Positions 20,090 through 29,967 of a stretch of DNA of 64,000 bases are shown here, piece by piece. Position 1 is the stretch's first letter, and every line of letters starts with the position of its first letter. The DNA comes from Candidatus Nanoarchaeia archaeon (GTDB lineage: Bacteria > Patescibacteriota > Microgenomatia > Woykebacterales > RBG-16-39-9b): positions 6,779 through 70,778 of the forward strand of contig DATBWR010000013.1 of NCBI GenBank assembly GCA_036514715.1, written 5' to 3'. Under the pieces are notes generated by a model. That model worked only from the letters and a program-made list of their open reading frames with translations. It was not told where the DNA came from and ran no database searches. Both the position numbers and the translations under genes were made by a program.

Positions 20090-20126
20090 AGAACACTTGC
20101 GCGCTCTGTTTCCAGTTTCTAGACAT

Positions 20127-20151
20127 AAAAAAATAGCCCCGAAGGGCTATT
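20127..20151 (-). terminator. Terminator within a 5' leader
   Basis: AATAGCCC TTCG GGGCTATT plus T-run, downstream of TTGACA-18-TAGAAT (20200-20229). Confidence 0.75.
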
Positions 20152-20287
20152 CCTCTATGTATTCAGTTTGTGGTAGTTTTGCCCACATACTGAAAATTTA
20201 TTCTAAACAACCCAGAGACTTTCTGTCAACCCACCAAAAAAGGAAAGGCACACTGTTTTTTCACAGATGTGCCTTGCTGAAACGGCA

Positions 20288-21238
20288 TTAGTCAATGAGC
20301 CGCTTCTTGATCTCTTGGTAACGAGCGGCAGTTTCCGCAACTACTTCGGCCGGAAGTTTTGGAGCAGGAGGTTCGCGGTTCCAGCCTGATTTAATTCCCC
20401 AATCGCGAACGTACTGTTTGTCCATTGCCCTTTGAGGACGTCCAGGTTCGTAATCGTTCAAGTCCCAAAATCGGCTCGAGTCCGGAGTCAGGACTTCGTC
20501 GATTAGAATTACCTCTCGGGTTTCCTCGTCGATCCCAAACTCGAACTTAGCGTCGGCGATGATGACTCCTCGGCGCAGAGCGTACTCGGCTGCCATGTCG
20601 TAAATCGCCATACTTACTTCCAGTAAGACAGCGGCGGCGTTCTGGTCCTTGTCAAGGACAGACAAGAACTCTTCTTTGGTTAAGTTTTGGTCATGACCTA
20701 CCTGTGTCTTAGTTGTGGGAGTAAAGACCGGACGGGGTAGTCGATCTGAGTCCTTCCAACCAGCTTGGTAAGGGTTTCCGGCAATTATTACTCCGCGCTC
20801 TGAACCACCTTTTTCTTTGTATTCCGCGTAGAGCGAGCCAGTAATGTAACCGCGGACGATGCATTCCACCGGCAGTGGCTTTGCTCTGCGTACGATCATA
20901 GCTCTTGTAGCAATCTCCGGGCACTTGACCACACGTTTCCCTGCTGGAATACCCCATTCCAGAACTGGGCGCAGGTAATGGGTTTGGCAAATCCTTCCGA
21001 TCAACGGATGGGTCAGCCAAAAAGTGCTCATCTCGTTGAGCACCCCACCCTTGCCCGGAATGCCGTTGGGGTGAACAGAGTCGAAGGTTGAAATCCGGTC
21101 GGTGGCAACGATCAGTAAGGTCCTGTTACCCAGATCATAAGTGTCGCGCACCTTTCCTTGGTGAGTACACTGCAAACCTTTAGGCTCCAAGAACGGCCGA
21201 CTGTCGACCATCACCTCAGGAACAGCTGCGTTAGCCAA
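20288..21238 (-). CDS. purC: SAICAR synthetase
   Basis: GKVRD, TDRIS, ECIVRGY, DAKFEFG, DEVLTPDSSRFW, DKQYVRDW. Confidence 0.95.
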   Translation of the reverse strand: MANAAVPEVMVDSRPFLEPKGLQCTHQGKVRDTYDLGNRTLLIVATDRISTFDSVHPNGIPGKGGVLNEMSTFWLTHPLIGRICQTHYLRPVLEWGIPAGKRVVKCPEIATRAMIVRRAKPLPVECIVRGYITGSLYAEYKEKGGSERGVIIAGNPYQAGWKDSDRLPRPVFTPTTKTQVGHDQNLTKEEFLSVLDKDQNAAAVLLEVSMAIYDMAAEYALRRGVIIADAKFEFGIDEETREVILIDEVLTPDSSRFWDLNDYEPGRPQRAMDKQYVRDWGIKSGWNREPPAPKLPAEVVAETAARYQEIKKRLID

Positions 21239-21356
21239 CTTCCTGCTCCTCTCATTTCTTTTAGGATTTTTGGTTGTTAAGAATGCTTGAGGGCTCTTGC
21301 AAAATGCAAGACAATCCTAGTCTAACACAAATTAGCAAGAAATTTTCTTGATAGAG

Positions 21357-21386
21357 AAGATATATGAATAGTTATTCATATATTTT
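21357..21386. repeat. Palindrome ATATATGAAT-N4-ATTCATATAT, copy 2
   Basis: AAGATATATGAATAGTTATTCATATATTTT. Confidence 0.85.
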
Positions 21387-21439
21387 TAAGAAAAAAGCCT
21401 GCTCTTTCATACTTCATCCTTCGCACTTCTTACTTAATT

Positions 21440-22651
21440 TTATTTGAGGAGTTCTTTGGCTTTTGAGAGTTGTGGGTCGCTGCCAGCAGCAATATCTTCT
21501 TCGGTTAACTCAACTTTCACATCTGGTTCCAAACCCTTACCGTGCACCCAAACGCCACTCGGCGTTAACCATTTGGCCACAGTAATATGCAAACCCGACC
21601 CGTCTTTAAGATCAACCACGGACTGCACTGTGCCTTTACCAAAACTTGCCTCACCTACTACCTTAGCCTTTTTCTGATCTTTTAAGGCACCGGCGACAAT
21701 TTCCGAAGCCGAGGCACTGCCTTTGTTGATTAATACTACTAACTCTACGCCTCGTAAGCGTCCGTCGCGGTCAGAATAAAAAGACTGTCGCTTGCCGTCA
21801 GCATCTTCTTGCATCACCACCACATCTGCCTTTTTCAAAAATTCGCTCGCGACGTAAATTGCGCTGTCCAGCCTTCCACCCGGGTTGTTACGAACATCTA
21901 AAACTAATTTTGAAATGCCTTTGGTGGCAATTTCGTTGACAACACTGTCCCATTCTTTATTAGTGTTGTCGCCGAAACGGTTAATTCTCACTATTCCGAT
22001 CTCTCCGTCAACCACAAGCTTAACGGTTTTGATGGTGATTGTTTCGCGCGTTATCTCAAATTCATGCTCTGCGTCAGCTTCTCCTCGCACTACAGCGAGT
22101 TTTACTTTGGTGCTTGCTTTACCGCGGATTAGCTTCACAGCTTCGGCAATGGACAGTTTTGCGGCATCTTTCCCGTCAATTTTCACAATCCTGTCACCTG
22201 CCAAAACACCGTTTTTCTCTGCAGGTGAGCCTTCCAAGGGGGAGATCACCACTAGTTGATTATCCTTAACCCCAAGTTCAATCCCCACTCCTTCGAAGGT
22301 GCCGGCAAGTTCAGAGTTAAAAGTTTGGTTAGACTCAGGGTCAAAATAAGAAGTGTAAGGGTCTCCGGCTGCTTCAACCAACCCGCGGAGAGCACCCTGC
22401 AGAAGTTTGTCGCCCTCTAAGGTTTTCTTATCTAAAAACTTGGAATTTAGCTCATCCCAGGTCTGCCAAAATGGTGCGAAATCAACATTGTCTTTAGAAT
22501 AAAGTTTGTTAAGAACGTCGTACTTGGGCTGACCTTCTGGTAAAAACGGCAGGCTAACGTTGCGCCCGACCCAAATCCCCAAACCAAGCAGGAATAAACT
22601 GACAACCAGTTTCGGAAAAAATTGATTGAATTGTTTTGCTTTTTCAGCCAT
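21440..22651 (-). CDS. ctpA: S41 C-terminal processing peptidase
   Basis: DPY, PDZ, DVRNNPGG, SASASEI, FGKG. Confidence 0.93.
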   Translation of the reverse strand: MAEKAKQFNQFFPKLVVSLFLLGLGIWVGRNVSLPFLPEGQPKYDVLNKLYSKDNVDFAPFWQTWDELNSKFLDKKTLEGDKLLQGALRGLVEAAGDPYTSYFDPESNQTFNSELAGTFEGVGIELGVKDNQLVVISPLEGSPAEKNGVLAGDRIVKIDGKDAAKLSIAEAVKLIRGKASTKVKLAVVRGEADAEHEFEITRETITIKTVKLVVDGEIGIVRINRFGDNTNKEWDSVVNEIATKGISKLVLDVRNNPGGRLDSAIYVASEFLKKADVVVMQEDADGKRQSFYSDRDGRLRGVELVVLINKGSASASEIVAGALKDQKKAKVVGEASFGKGTVQSVVDLKDGSGLHITVAKWLTPSGVWVHGKGLEPDVKVELTEEDIAAGSDPQLSKAKELLK

Positions 22652-22653
22652 GA

Positions 22654-23715
22654 TTAACTTAAGATTTCTAAATTCGCCGCTGGCGCTCCGGTCTTTTGGC
22701 CGGAGAGAAACTTAATTTGGGCAATTTCCGCTTCCAGCCCAGAGTTAAGAGCCTCTTCTTTAGGACTAAGTGCCTCCACTACACCCACCAACTCTTCTGA
22801 ATCAGGTTGGAAATAGCGCACCAAATCGCCCACGCGCAACTGCCGCCAAACTTCTCTTTTTATTTCCTTGGAAGTGACTGCCATTTCTTTTTCAGTCGGA
22901 ATGAAAATACTTTTTTCCAAACCATTGAAAAAGGCGTATCTGTCGCCCGCTTTGTTGAAAGCTTCGAAAATATCCTTACCCATACTCACAGTTCCAAAAC
23001 CCTCCGTGATAATAATCGTCACCCCAACGTCGCTTTGGATCCCCAAACTAACAAAATCCCGGTAATCAATACCACCAACCACAATCCCTCTAACTCCAAC
23101 AGTAAGAGCCTTTTCAATCGAGGCTCGATCGATATGGGCTCCACCAACAATAATTTTGCCTTGACAAGAGGCATCAATTTTCTGCGGGATAATAAACTCA
23201 CTGGGTTTAGCAACTATTTTAATTAGGCCCTCTCGTGCCTTGCCAATCCCAGAAGCCCCTTTGATTTCAGTACCAAAAGTTCTAATGCGGATGTAATCTT
23301 CTTTTATCTCGTTAACCACTCCGTTAGCACCAGCCACCAAGCGAAAGGGTGTGGGTAAAAATTTAACAATAATGTCACCGTTTTGGTCGGTGTCAGTAAT
23401 CACCCCGTCGGCCGGAGAGCGTAGCTCTCTCTTACCAACACCCAAAACGCCCCTCTTGCGGGCGATAATTTCACCTTGGTAAATGCGGTCTCCAACGCTA
23501 CGAAGCAGGTACTTTTTAACCTTCTTGGGGCTAACGCCAATCACGTGGGCAACTTTTACCAAACGCTGTCCGGCTGAAATTTCACAGTGGGCAACTACGG
23601 TCTCGATGTTTACTTTGTCACCGACCTTAACTGACGGTTGGCACTTTCCAACGAACTCTCTTACCAAATCAAACTGGTTATCAAGGCTCACACGGTGCCA
23701 AACCGGACAAATCAT
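22654..23715 (-). CDS. Conserved hypothetical protein with barrel-sandwich-hybrid-like segments
   Basis: VKVGDKV, SPADGVI, GVRGIVVGGI, ITEGFG; overlaps upstream GlmL-like gene. Confidence 0.6.
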   Translation of the reverse strand: MICPVWHRVSLDNQFDLVREFVGKCQPSVKVGDKVNIETVVAHCEISAGQRLVKVAHVIGVSPKKVKKYLLRSVGDRIYQGEIIARKRGVLGVGKRELRSPADGVITDTDQNGDIIVKFLPTPFRLVAGANGVVNEIKEDYIRIRTFGTEIKGASGIGKAREGLIKIVAKPSEFIIPQKIDASCQGKIIVGGAHIDRASIEKALTVGVRGIVVGGIDYRDFVSLGIQSDVGVTIIITEGFGTVSMGKDIFEAFNKAGDRYAFFNGLEKSIFIPTEKEMAVTSKEIKREVWRQLRVGDLVRYFQPDSEELVGVVEALSPKEEALNSGLEAEIAQIKFLSGQKTGAPAANLEILS

Positions 23716-24761
23716 TCAATCACCCCCAATTTTGCGATTGCAGTCGCCCAGCCTTTCACAGCTTCCCTGCTTTCCGCTCTTCCAAAGGCCAACCGCAGTG
23801 GTTTGAGCCGACCATCAAGCATAATCCCAAACACCCCACCGCTCAGGGTAATTTTTTCTTTATTTTTAGAATCAAGAAAGGTGACTTTAACCTCTTGGTG
23901 AGCGCTAGTGGGTACCAAAGCAATTTCGTTTTCAACAATTGAGAGTTCCTGATTTTCCGTGTAACCCCAGTCAAGCATTACCCTTCCCTTTCCACCAAAA
24001 GAAATAAAAGCACCCAGATCCTGCAAAAAATCTGTTTCCAGATCGCCAAATTTTGGGTTATGAGCAACTAGCGCCCCGAAACTATGAGCAAACAATTTAG
24101 TGTCAACCTTGACTTGAGCTACACGCCCGGCAAATAAGATGTCGGCAATAATTAAACCAAGTTTCGCCTTGTTAGGCGCTAAAGAAATAAAAGAGCCGGT
24201 AATAACCGTGTTAACTACTCCGCGGGCGTTAAGAAACTCTCGATTACTGGCAAAGCTTAAGCGCAAGAAGGCTTCCTCAAACTCAAGTTCTGCCTGAGAT
24301 ATCGGTACTGCGCGAGGGTGCAAGGACTTGTTGCCAAAATAATTTTCAATATCAACTTCGCTAACTTCAGTTGTTAAAAAAGCCCCCAAGCTGCCAACCT
24401 TGGTGTTGGCTGAGTAAGAGTAATCACCAGCATCAAGTACGACCGGTTTTTTAAAGCCATGGTTGTCGAGATAACTCCCAAGAGCTTTTTTGGCAGCCTC
24501 TTCAGAAACGAAAACAACCGAGAGGCTCTTGGCTAAATCCTCTGCTTCAGCCAAAGAGCCGGTCAAAATCACTTTTGTTTCGCTACCCGCTTTTAAACTT
24601 TTTACTAGCTCGCTGTAAGAAAGGGGGGTGTCTCCAGTGGAAGTTGGCAAGCTCTGTCTTTTCTCGATAATGAGGTTGTTTTTATCGACGCTGACAAGAA
24701 AGGCTTTAGTCCAAGATCTGCCAATATCAACAATAAGGGTTTTTGGGAAGGATTCACTCAT
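23712..24761 (-). CDS. Glutamate mutase L (GlmL/MutL)-like ASKHA-fold protein
   Basis: IVDIGRSWTKA N-terminal phosphate motif; GGVFGIMLDGRLKPL C-terminus. Confidence 0.6.
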   Translation of the reverse strand: MSESFPKTLIVDIGRSWTKAFLVSVDKNNLIIEKRQSLPTSTGDTPLSYSELVKSLKAGSETKVILTGSLAEAEDLAKSLSVVFVSEEAAKKALGSYLDNHGFKKPVVLDAGDYSYSANTKVGSLGAFLTTEVSEVDIENYFGNKSLHPRAVPISQAELEFEEAFLRLSFASNREFLNARGVVNTVITGSFISLAPNKAKLGLIIADILFAGRVAQVKVDTKLFAHSFGALVAHNPKFGDLETDFLQDLGAFISFGGKGRVMLDWGYTENQELSIVENEIALVPTSAHQEVKVTFLDSKNKEKITLSGGVFGIMLDGRLKPLRLAFGRAESREAVKGWATAIAKLGVIE

Positions 24762-24767
24762 TATTAA

Positions 24768-25019
24768 CTATCTGACTGATACTGTAAACGGAAGTAAGCC
24801 CAGGTAGCGGCTGCGTTTTATGGCTGTGCTCAAAATCCTCTGGTGTTTAAAACAAACTCCGCTTCGGGCGCGGGCGACAATTTTCCCGCGATCGCTTACG
24901 AAACGGCGCAACCCAACAACGTCTTTGAAATCTGGGCTTATTTCTTCTTTGCAGAAAAGGCAGTATTTTCTCCGAGCAGGTTTAAGGTTTTCACTTCGTG
25001 TTCTAGTTCTTTCCAACAT
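24768..25019 (-). CDS. rpsR: 30S ribosomal protein S18
   Basis: CLFC, FVSDRGKI, AIKRSRYLGLLPF. Confidence 0.96.
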   Translation of the reverse strand: MLERTRTRSENLKPARRKYCLFCKEEISPDFKDVVGLRRFVSDRGKIVARARSGVCFKHQRILSTAIKRSRYLGLLPFTVSVR

Positions 25020-25021
25020 AA

Positions 25022-25603
25022 TTAAAAAGGAATATCGTCAATGTTAATTTCGTCACTATCTTCTTTAGGTTTTTCTTCCGCCTCATCTTTCGAAGCGGGT
25101 TCTTTTTCTTCTTTTTTACCCTTTGACTTCTTGCCTTTTTCCTCTTTTTCTTCTTTTCCTTCAGTCTCTTTCACTCCACTGGCAACTTCCTGAGACTCAC
25201 TACCGACTGAAGAGGTTTCCTCAGTACGTTCCTCACCAGTATCAGCTCCGGAGGCAAAATCGCGTCTGGAGTCTAGTAGAACCATGTCTTCAGCAACTAT
25301 CTCAGTTGCCTGGCGTTTTTCACCTTCCGGACCTTCCCAACTGCGGGTTTGCAGTCTACCCTCAATGTAAACCTTGCGGCCCTTGGAAAGCAGTTGGCTG
25401 CAAAGTTCAGCTAGTTTATTCCAAGCAACAATACGGTGAAACTCGGTTTCTTCTCTTCTCTCACCACCATCAGTTGGCTGCCAACTGCGGTTGGTAGCTA
25501 TACCAAAAGAACAAACCGCCGCACCATTAGGAGTGTAGCGCATTTCCGGATCCCGAGTGAGGTTTCCGATTAACATAACTTTGTTTAATGAACGTGTCGA
25601 CAT
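25022..25603 (-). CDS. ssb: Single-stranded DNA-binding protein
   Basis: LNKVMLIGNL, EGRLQTRSW, DDIPF tail. Confidence 0.97.
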   Translation of the reverse strand: MSTRSLNKVMLIGNLTRDPEMRYTPNGAAVCSFGIATNRSWQPTDGGERREETEFHRIVAWNKLAELCSQLLSKGRKVYIEGRLQTRSWEGPEGEKRQATEIVAEDMVLLDSRRDFASGADTGEERTEETSSVGSESQEVASGVKETEGKEEKEEKGKKSKGKKEEKEPASKDEAEEKPKEDSDEINIDDIPF

Positions 25604-25615
25604 TTTGTTCCTCCC

Positions 25616-25975
25616 TTAACGTACCACTAATTCATCTAATTTCTTGACTGTGGCTACCTTTAACTTTTTCTTACTAACTTTACTCGGCTTTTGCCTTACG
25701 ATAACAATAAAACGTAAAATAGCCTCTTCAATTCTCAAAGTATCAGTAAGAATTTTGGGTAAACTCTCTTCGCCGCTAAAGGTTACCAGGTGGTAGTAAG
25801 CATTTTTGTTCTTCTTAATTGGATAGGCAAGGGCTCGCTTACCCCAAGCTTCCTCTTGGTCAACTTGACCCTTACTTTTTTCAATTGTCGCGGAAATTTC
25901 TTTAATCAACTCTTTCTGCGCGGCCTCTGAAGTTTCTTCGCCAAATGCAACCAGTAATTCGTAATTTTTAAGCAT
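25616..25975 (-). CDS. rpsF: 30S ribosomal protein S6
   Basis: YELL, WGKRALAYPIKK; start MLKNY at 25975. Confidence 0.95.
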   Translation of the reverse strand: MLKNYELLVAFGEETSEAAQKELIKEISATIEKSKGQVDQEEAWGKRALAYPIKKNKNAYYHLVTFSGEESLPKILTDTLRIEEAILRFIVIVRQKPSKVSKKKLKVATVKKLDELVVR

Positions 25976-26223
25976 AAGTTTGAAAAGGCAATTTCGTTTG
26001 CGAGTATAGCATAACATACTGCAAGCGACAAGCACGTTTGTGTGTAAACTAAAAATTCAAAGTTACGATAAGAATCGTTGCATTCGCTAACGCGAAAGTC
26101 AAAAGTAAACCTTGACTTCGTCAACGACTGCTTTTGACTAAGAAGTCAAAAGTTAAAAGTTTGCAAATCCTTCTACAACAAGCTATTATTGAGCCAATTC
26201 AAAACCAAGAAAGGCAGGGAGAA

Positions 26224-26649
26224 ATGGTCAATACTCAGCTCTTACGAGCTGCCTTAAAAGAGTGGCCAGACGAGCTCATCGCTGATCACTTCAAAGCGTG
26301 GAGAGTGGGAGGTTACCGCTACTGCGTAGTTGGCTGGCTTCACGAGTTCGCGCGCCGGCACGGCCGTTGTACACATCCGCCGAAAGAACGCCGCAGAGCA
26401 TTAGAGGTCGCAGCTACACAAAGGTGTATAGCCAAAGCCTTCGGTCTCCATGTCCACACGGTCCGAAGCTTGATGCACTACAACGACGACTACAAAGGCA
26501 AAAACCGTGGTCGAAGCTTGGCAATGTGGTGGCGGGTCGAAGCTGCTCTCCAGAGGTACATCCAAACCTACGTAAGCAAGCAAGCAGGCCAAGTGTTAGT
26601 ATCCACTGGCTTTGGGAGCGAAGAGGAGAAAGAACTGGTCACCGTCTAG
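26224..26649 (+). CDS. Hypothetical protein
   Basis: Start MVNTQ after GGGAG; followed by a terminator. Confidence 0.65.
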   Translation: MVNTQLLRAALKEWPDELIADHFKAWRVGGYRYCVVGWLHEFARRHGRCTHPPKERRRALEVAATQRCIAKAFGLHVHTVRSLMHYNDDYKGKNRGRSLAMWWRVEAALQRYIQTYVSKQAGQVLVSTGFGSEEEKELVTV

Positions 26650-26666
26650 TTCGAAACTAGCGGATC

Positions 26667-26703
26667 AAGGTCGTTATCAATCCGGTAACGGCCTTTTCTT
26701 TTT
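26667..26703 (+). terminator. Intrinsic terminator
   Basis: AAGGTCGTTA...TAACGGCCTT plus T-tract. Confidence 0.7.
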
Positions 26704-26763
26704 GCAAAAAGTTCCAAAAAGATTTATCATTTACGCAAAATTGAAAATTAAAGGAGTTAGATC

Positions 26764-26952
26764 GTGAAGGTAGCACTTTTCTTTGTGCTCGTTCTTATCG
26801 TGGGTTTGGCTGGCGTTTCCGTCTTCCAACAAGCAGTCGGCCCTGACAAATTCATGGTTTGGGGACCGATAATCGCCGGTGTCCTTTCCGTAGTGGCATT
26901 GGTCCTCGTCCTCAGAGGTTGGGTGCGAGAACCTAGAAAGGTCGTGAGATGA
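26764..26952 (+). CDS. Small membrane protein
   Basis: AAGGAG RBS; two TM helices. Confidence 0.6.
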   Translation: MKVALFFVLVLIVGLAGVSVFQQAVGPDKFMVWGPIIAGVLSVVALVLVLRGWVREPRKVVR

Positions 26953-27314
26953 AAAAGTATCTGCTTGAAGTTTTGTTGTTGTACGGTGGTCTCATCGCTT
27001 TTAGCCTATTCCACATCTACCTTCTGCCGGAGCGCTTTCTAGTAATGCTCCTAGCAGAATTCATGGCCTTGGTAGTATTCATAACACAACCTAAGACAGG
27101 TTGGTATCTGCTACGCACCACTGGCATATCCGGGTCGGTTTGGATCATGGTTTTAGGTGTCTTAGCCACAGACCTAGCCGAAACTTGGCGCTGGCTGTTA
27201 GTAATCCTTGGAGGTATCGCTCTGTACCTCCTTTACTACTTCGGTACGCCAGAATTCTTTGAGGTGGTAAGAGATCTGAGGAGAGGTCAAAATAACCAAG
27301 CGGTTCAGCAATGA
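26949..27314 (+). CDS. Membrane protein
   Basis: Four TM helices; ATGA overlap; terminator at 27298-27328. Confidence 0.6.
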   Translation: MKKYLLEVLLLYGGLIAFSLFHIYLLPERFLVMLLAEFMALVVFITQPKTGWYLLRTTGISGSVWIMVLGVLATDLAETWRWLLVILGGIALYLLYYFGTPEFFEVVRDLRRGQNNQAVQQ

Positions 27315-27365
27315 ACCGCTTCTTTTTCTGGAAAATCCGCCCTTTGGATTAGTCACCGTTAAAAT

Positions 27366-27520
27366 GGGGTCCCCTTTGTGGAGTTGGCGTTTTTAAACTT
27401 GCAAAAAAGCAAGAGGAAGCGGTTCCCGAGGATGTCCCGATGATTTTTTGCTTAGTTTAACAGCCAACGCAGCAGGGGTGTCCTTTCTTGGCTACTTCTT
27501 TGGACAAGCAAAGAAGTAGT
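27366..27520. repeat. ~155-nt structured repeat element, copy 1
   Basis: Homologous to 49350-49509; compensatory stem changes and an identical 32-nt apical segment. Confidence 0.85.
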
Positions 27521-27556
27521 AAAAATTAAACGTTGAATTTAAATAGCTTAGATGTT

Positions 27557-28606
27557 TCAAGTATTGAATTTAAAGATGGTTGTATCGCCGTCTTGAAAAA
27601 TATAGTCGCGTCCTTCCAACCGCACCCAACCTTTATCCCGGGCTTGCTGCCAACCACCTGCTTCTACTAATTTTTCGAAAGTTATTACCTCGGCTTTAAT
27701 AAAGCCCTTTTCAAAATCCGTGTGAATAACACCGGCAGCCTGTGGAGCTTTAGTTCCAACAGTAACGGTCCAAGCTCGCACTTCTTTTTCCCCGGCCGTA
27801 AAATAAGTACTCAACCCCAGCAATTTGTAACTTTCCGCAATTAACCGCTCCAACCCTGACTGCCGCAAACCCAGTTCTGCTAAATAGTCTTTTTGCTCAG
27901 GTTTTGTAAGTTCTGAGAGTTCCTCTTCAACTTTAGCGCAAATAACAACCTCAGGACTAAAACCACTAGCAACTTCCTTTTTGAGAGCGCCTTCAGCCAC
28001 GTTAAAGACGTAAATTACTGGTTTCAAAGTAATTAACGGTAGCTCAGCCGCCAGCTCCTCATCCACCTCAACCTCTTTAGCTAGTTTCCCTTGCTCTAAA
28101 CCTTCTTTGAGCTTTTTCAGCACAGAGAGTTTTTTTTCAGCATCTTTTTCTTTGGCCTTAAGATCTTTCTCAGCTGAAAAGATTACTTTCTCAACTGTTT
28201 CAAGATCAGCAAGAGCTAGTTCCGTGTTAATTGTTTCAATGTCTGATTTGGGATCAACTCCGGAGACAGCTACGTTGGGGTCAACAAAAGCGCGGACAAC
28301 GTGGGCAAGAGCGTCAACTTCCCTGATGTGACTCAAGAATTGATTGCCTAAACCCTCACCAGTTGCGGCCCCTTTGACTAAACCGGCAATATCGACAAAT
28401 TCCACCACCGCCGGCACAATCTTCTCAGTTTTAACAACAGCCGCTAACCTTCCAAGACGTTCATCGGGAACTTCAACCACCCCAATATTGGGTTCAATAG
28501 TCGTAAATGGGTAATTTGCACTCTGGGCAACCTGCTTTTTTAGCAAGGCGTTAAAAAGAGTGGATTTACCCACGTTTGGTAAGCCAACAATGCCAACTTT
28601 CAGCAC
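27557..28606 (-). CDS. ychF: Ribosome-binding ATPase YchF
   Basis: GLPNVGKST, NYPFTTI, DIAGLV, TGS domain. Confidence 0.97.
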   Translation of the reverse strand: MLKVGIVGLPNVGKSTLFNALLKKQVAQSANYPFTTIEPNIGVVEVPDERLGRLAAVVKTEKIVPAVVEFVDIAGLVKGAATGEGLGNQFLSHIREVDALAHVVRAFVDPNVAVSGVDPKSDIETINTELALADLETVEKVIFSAEKDLKAKEKDAEKKLSVLKKLKEGLEQGKLAKEVEVDEELAAELPLITLKPVIYVFNVAEGALKKEVASGFSPEVVICAKVEEELSELTKPEQKDYLAELGLRQSGLERLIAESYKLLGLSTYFTAGEKEVRAWTVTVGTKAPQAAGVIHTDFEKGFIKAEVITFEKLVEAGGWQQARDKGWVRLEGRDYIFQDGDTTIFKFNT

Positions 28607-28625
28607 TTAAACCCACTTTCTGAAT

Positions 28626-28997
28626 TTACCAAATGACTTTTTCATAAATATCTGAAATTTTTGCATCTTTAGTCACAACGTGAAGATTTAGGAGTTTTGC
28701 AGAAGAAACAATTACTCTATCGTGAATTTCCAATCCATCTTCCAGGTTTATGTAGTCATTAACGATATTGATATCCAATGAGAGGGTTCGAAACTTTGCA
28801 GACGGTAGGTCAGAAAGAAATTTCCTAAATTCTTTTTCGAAATTTAACTTTTTACTAACGTGAAAAGCTTCTAATAAAACAATTGTGGGTAAGAAAACAA
28901 TATCGGCAGAAAACACAACTTCCCTAGCTTTATCACTTAATCTAGAACTAGCGGATAAAAACCAAATTAACGAGTGGGTATCAAGTAGTACGTTCAC
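28626..28997 (-). CDS. PIN-domain (VapC-like) toxin
   Basis: LLDTH...LLE...HDRVI...VTKD. Confidence 0.88.
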   Translation of the reverse strand: MNVLLDTHSLIWFLSASSRLSDKAREVVFSADIVFLPTIVLLEAFHVSKKLNFEKEFRKFLSDLPSAKFRTLSLDINIVNDYINLEDGLEIHDRVIVSSAKLLNLHVVTKDAKISDIYEKVIW

Positions 28998-29006
28998 CGG
29001 AATAGA

Positions 29007-29168
29007 TTAGAAGTGGAGCAGTTTTTTAGCTTTATCTAGTTCTTCCTCAAGTTTACCTTCGGGAATCTTAACATCCTTCAAAAATCCGTAGAAATCCTTA
29101 GCAGTCTTATTACTTTTGAAAGTTTGTTTGGAAGTATTTATTTTTTCTAAAGTTTCAGTCTTTTTCAT
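29007..29168 (-). CDS. Putative antitoxin (53 aa, not in ORF track)
   Basis: MKKTETLEK...KDFYGFLKD...LLHF*, directly upstream of the PIN toxin; TGCTATATT promoter. Confidence 0.7.
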   Translation of the reverse strand: MKKTETLEKINTSKQTFKSNKTAKDFYGFLKDVKIPEGKLEEELDKAKKLLHF

Positions 29169-29850
29169 AGCAGCAATAATATAGCAAAAAACACTTATTT
29201 TAACAACATGCTCTTATAGTCAATTTCCTTAGCAGACCGCACACTATAGCCAGCCCTGCGTGCAACTTCCGCACAACAACTACTACCCAAACTGTTGGGG
29301 ACTATGTAGGCAAAAGACGAGAAAAACTTGACAAAAAATCTCTACTTTCCTTGGCTGGTGAAGATCTCTACAAAAAAGTGAAAGCGCTAGCAAAGGAAAA
29401 ACCCGAAAAAGATCTAAGCGAAGAAGAAACCAAGATTGTTCAACTTTTGCAACAGAAAGAGCCACACGAGGACGACTAACTCCATTGGAGGAAACGGGAC
29501 TTACGCGTACAGGTTCTTCAAAGAAAAACGACCCTTTCAGGTCGTTCCTCCTCCTAAGTAAACCTTCAAAAGATTTGCTTAGGGAAACCAGCTGAGAACC
29601 GTGCTTGTATCCAAAACTTCCAGCTTTGTAACTTGGTGGTGTTACCCGGTACTGGCTACTATTGCGTTTATTTCCACCAGACCAAATTCTGAAACCACTT
29701 GCTCTTGAGATTTAGAACTCTGACTTATTTTGGGAAGAAAAGAGATTTTGGCGACCAAAGACCTTGACCTTTGGTACATTAGCCTACTTTCCATAACGGA
29801 TTATAAATAAAATTGCTTGGTTGGTAAAGTAAAAGATAATAGAAATGGAA

Positions 29851-29886
29851 AAGCCCCGGGTCTTGCTTGGTTAGCAAGTCGGGGCC
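29851..29886 (-). terminator. Terminator after the putative DGR target gene
   Basis: GCCCCG...CGGGGC stem followed by TTTT on the minus strand. Confidence 0.65.
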
Positions 29887-29967
29887 TGATCCAACTGAAT
29901 GTTCTGCGAAGTTCAAGAAGCAAGAGATCAAGAATCTCAAGGATTCAAGTCTCAAGCTGCAAGAACA

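Noticed and set aside
26060-26165. AAGTCAAAAG-type short repeats and small hairpins (similar heptamer run at 53475-53510)
   Set aside because: Low complexity; no coherent conserved structure could be established
29250-29480. Protein-like open frame ...LDKKSLLSLAGEDLYKKVK...HEDD*
   Set aside because: No credible start codon and upstream in-frame stops; possibly a gene remnant, not supportable as a CDS
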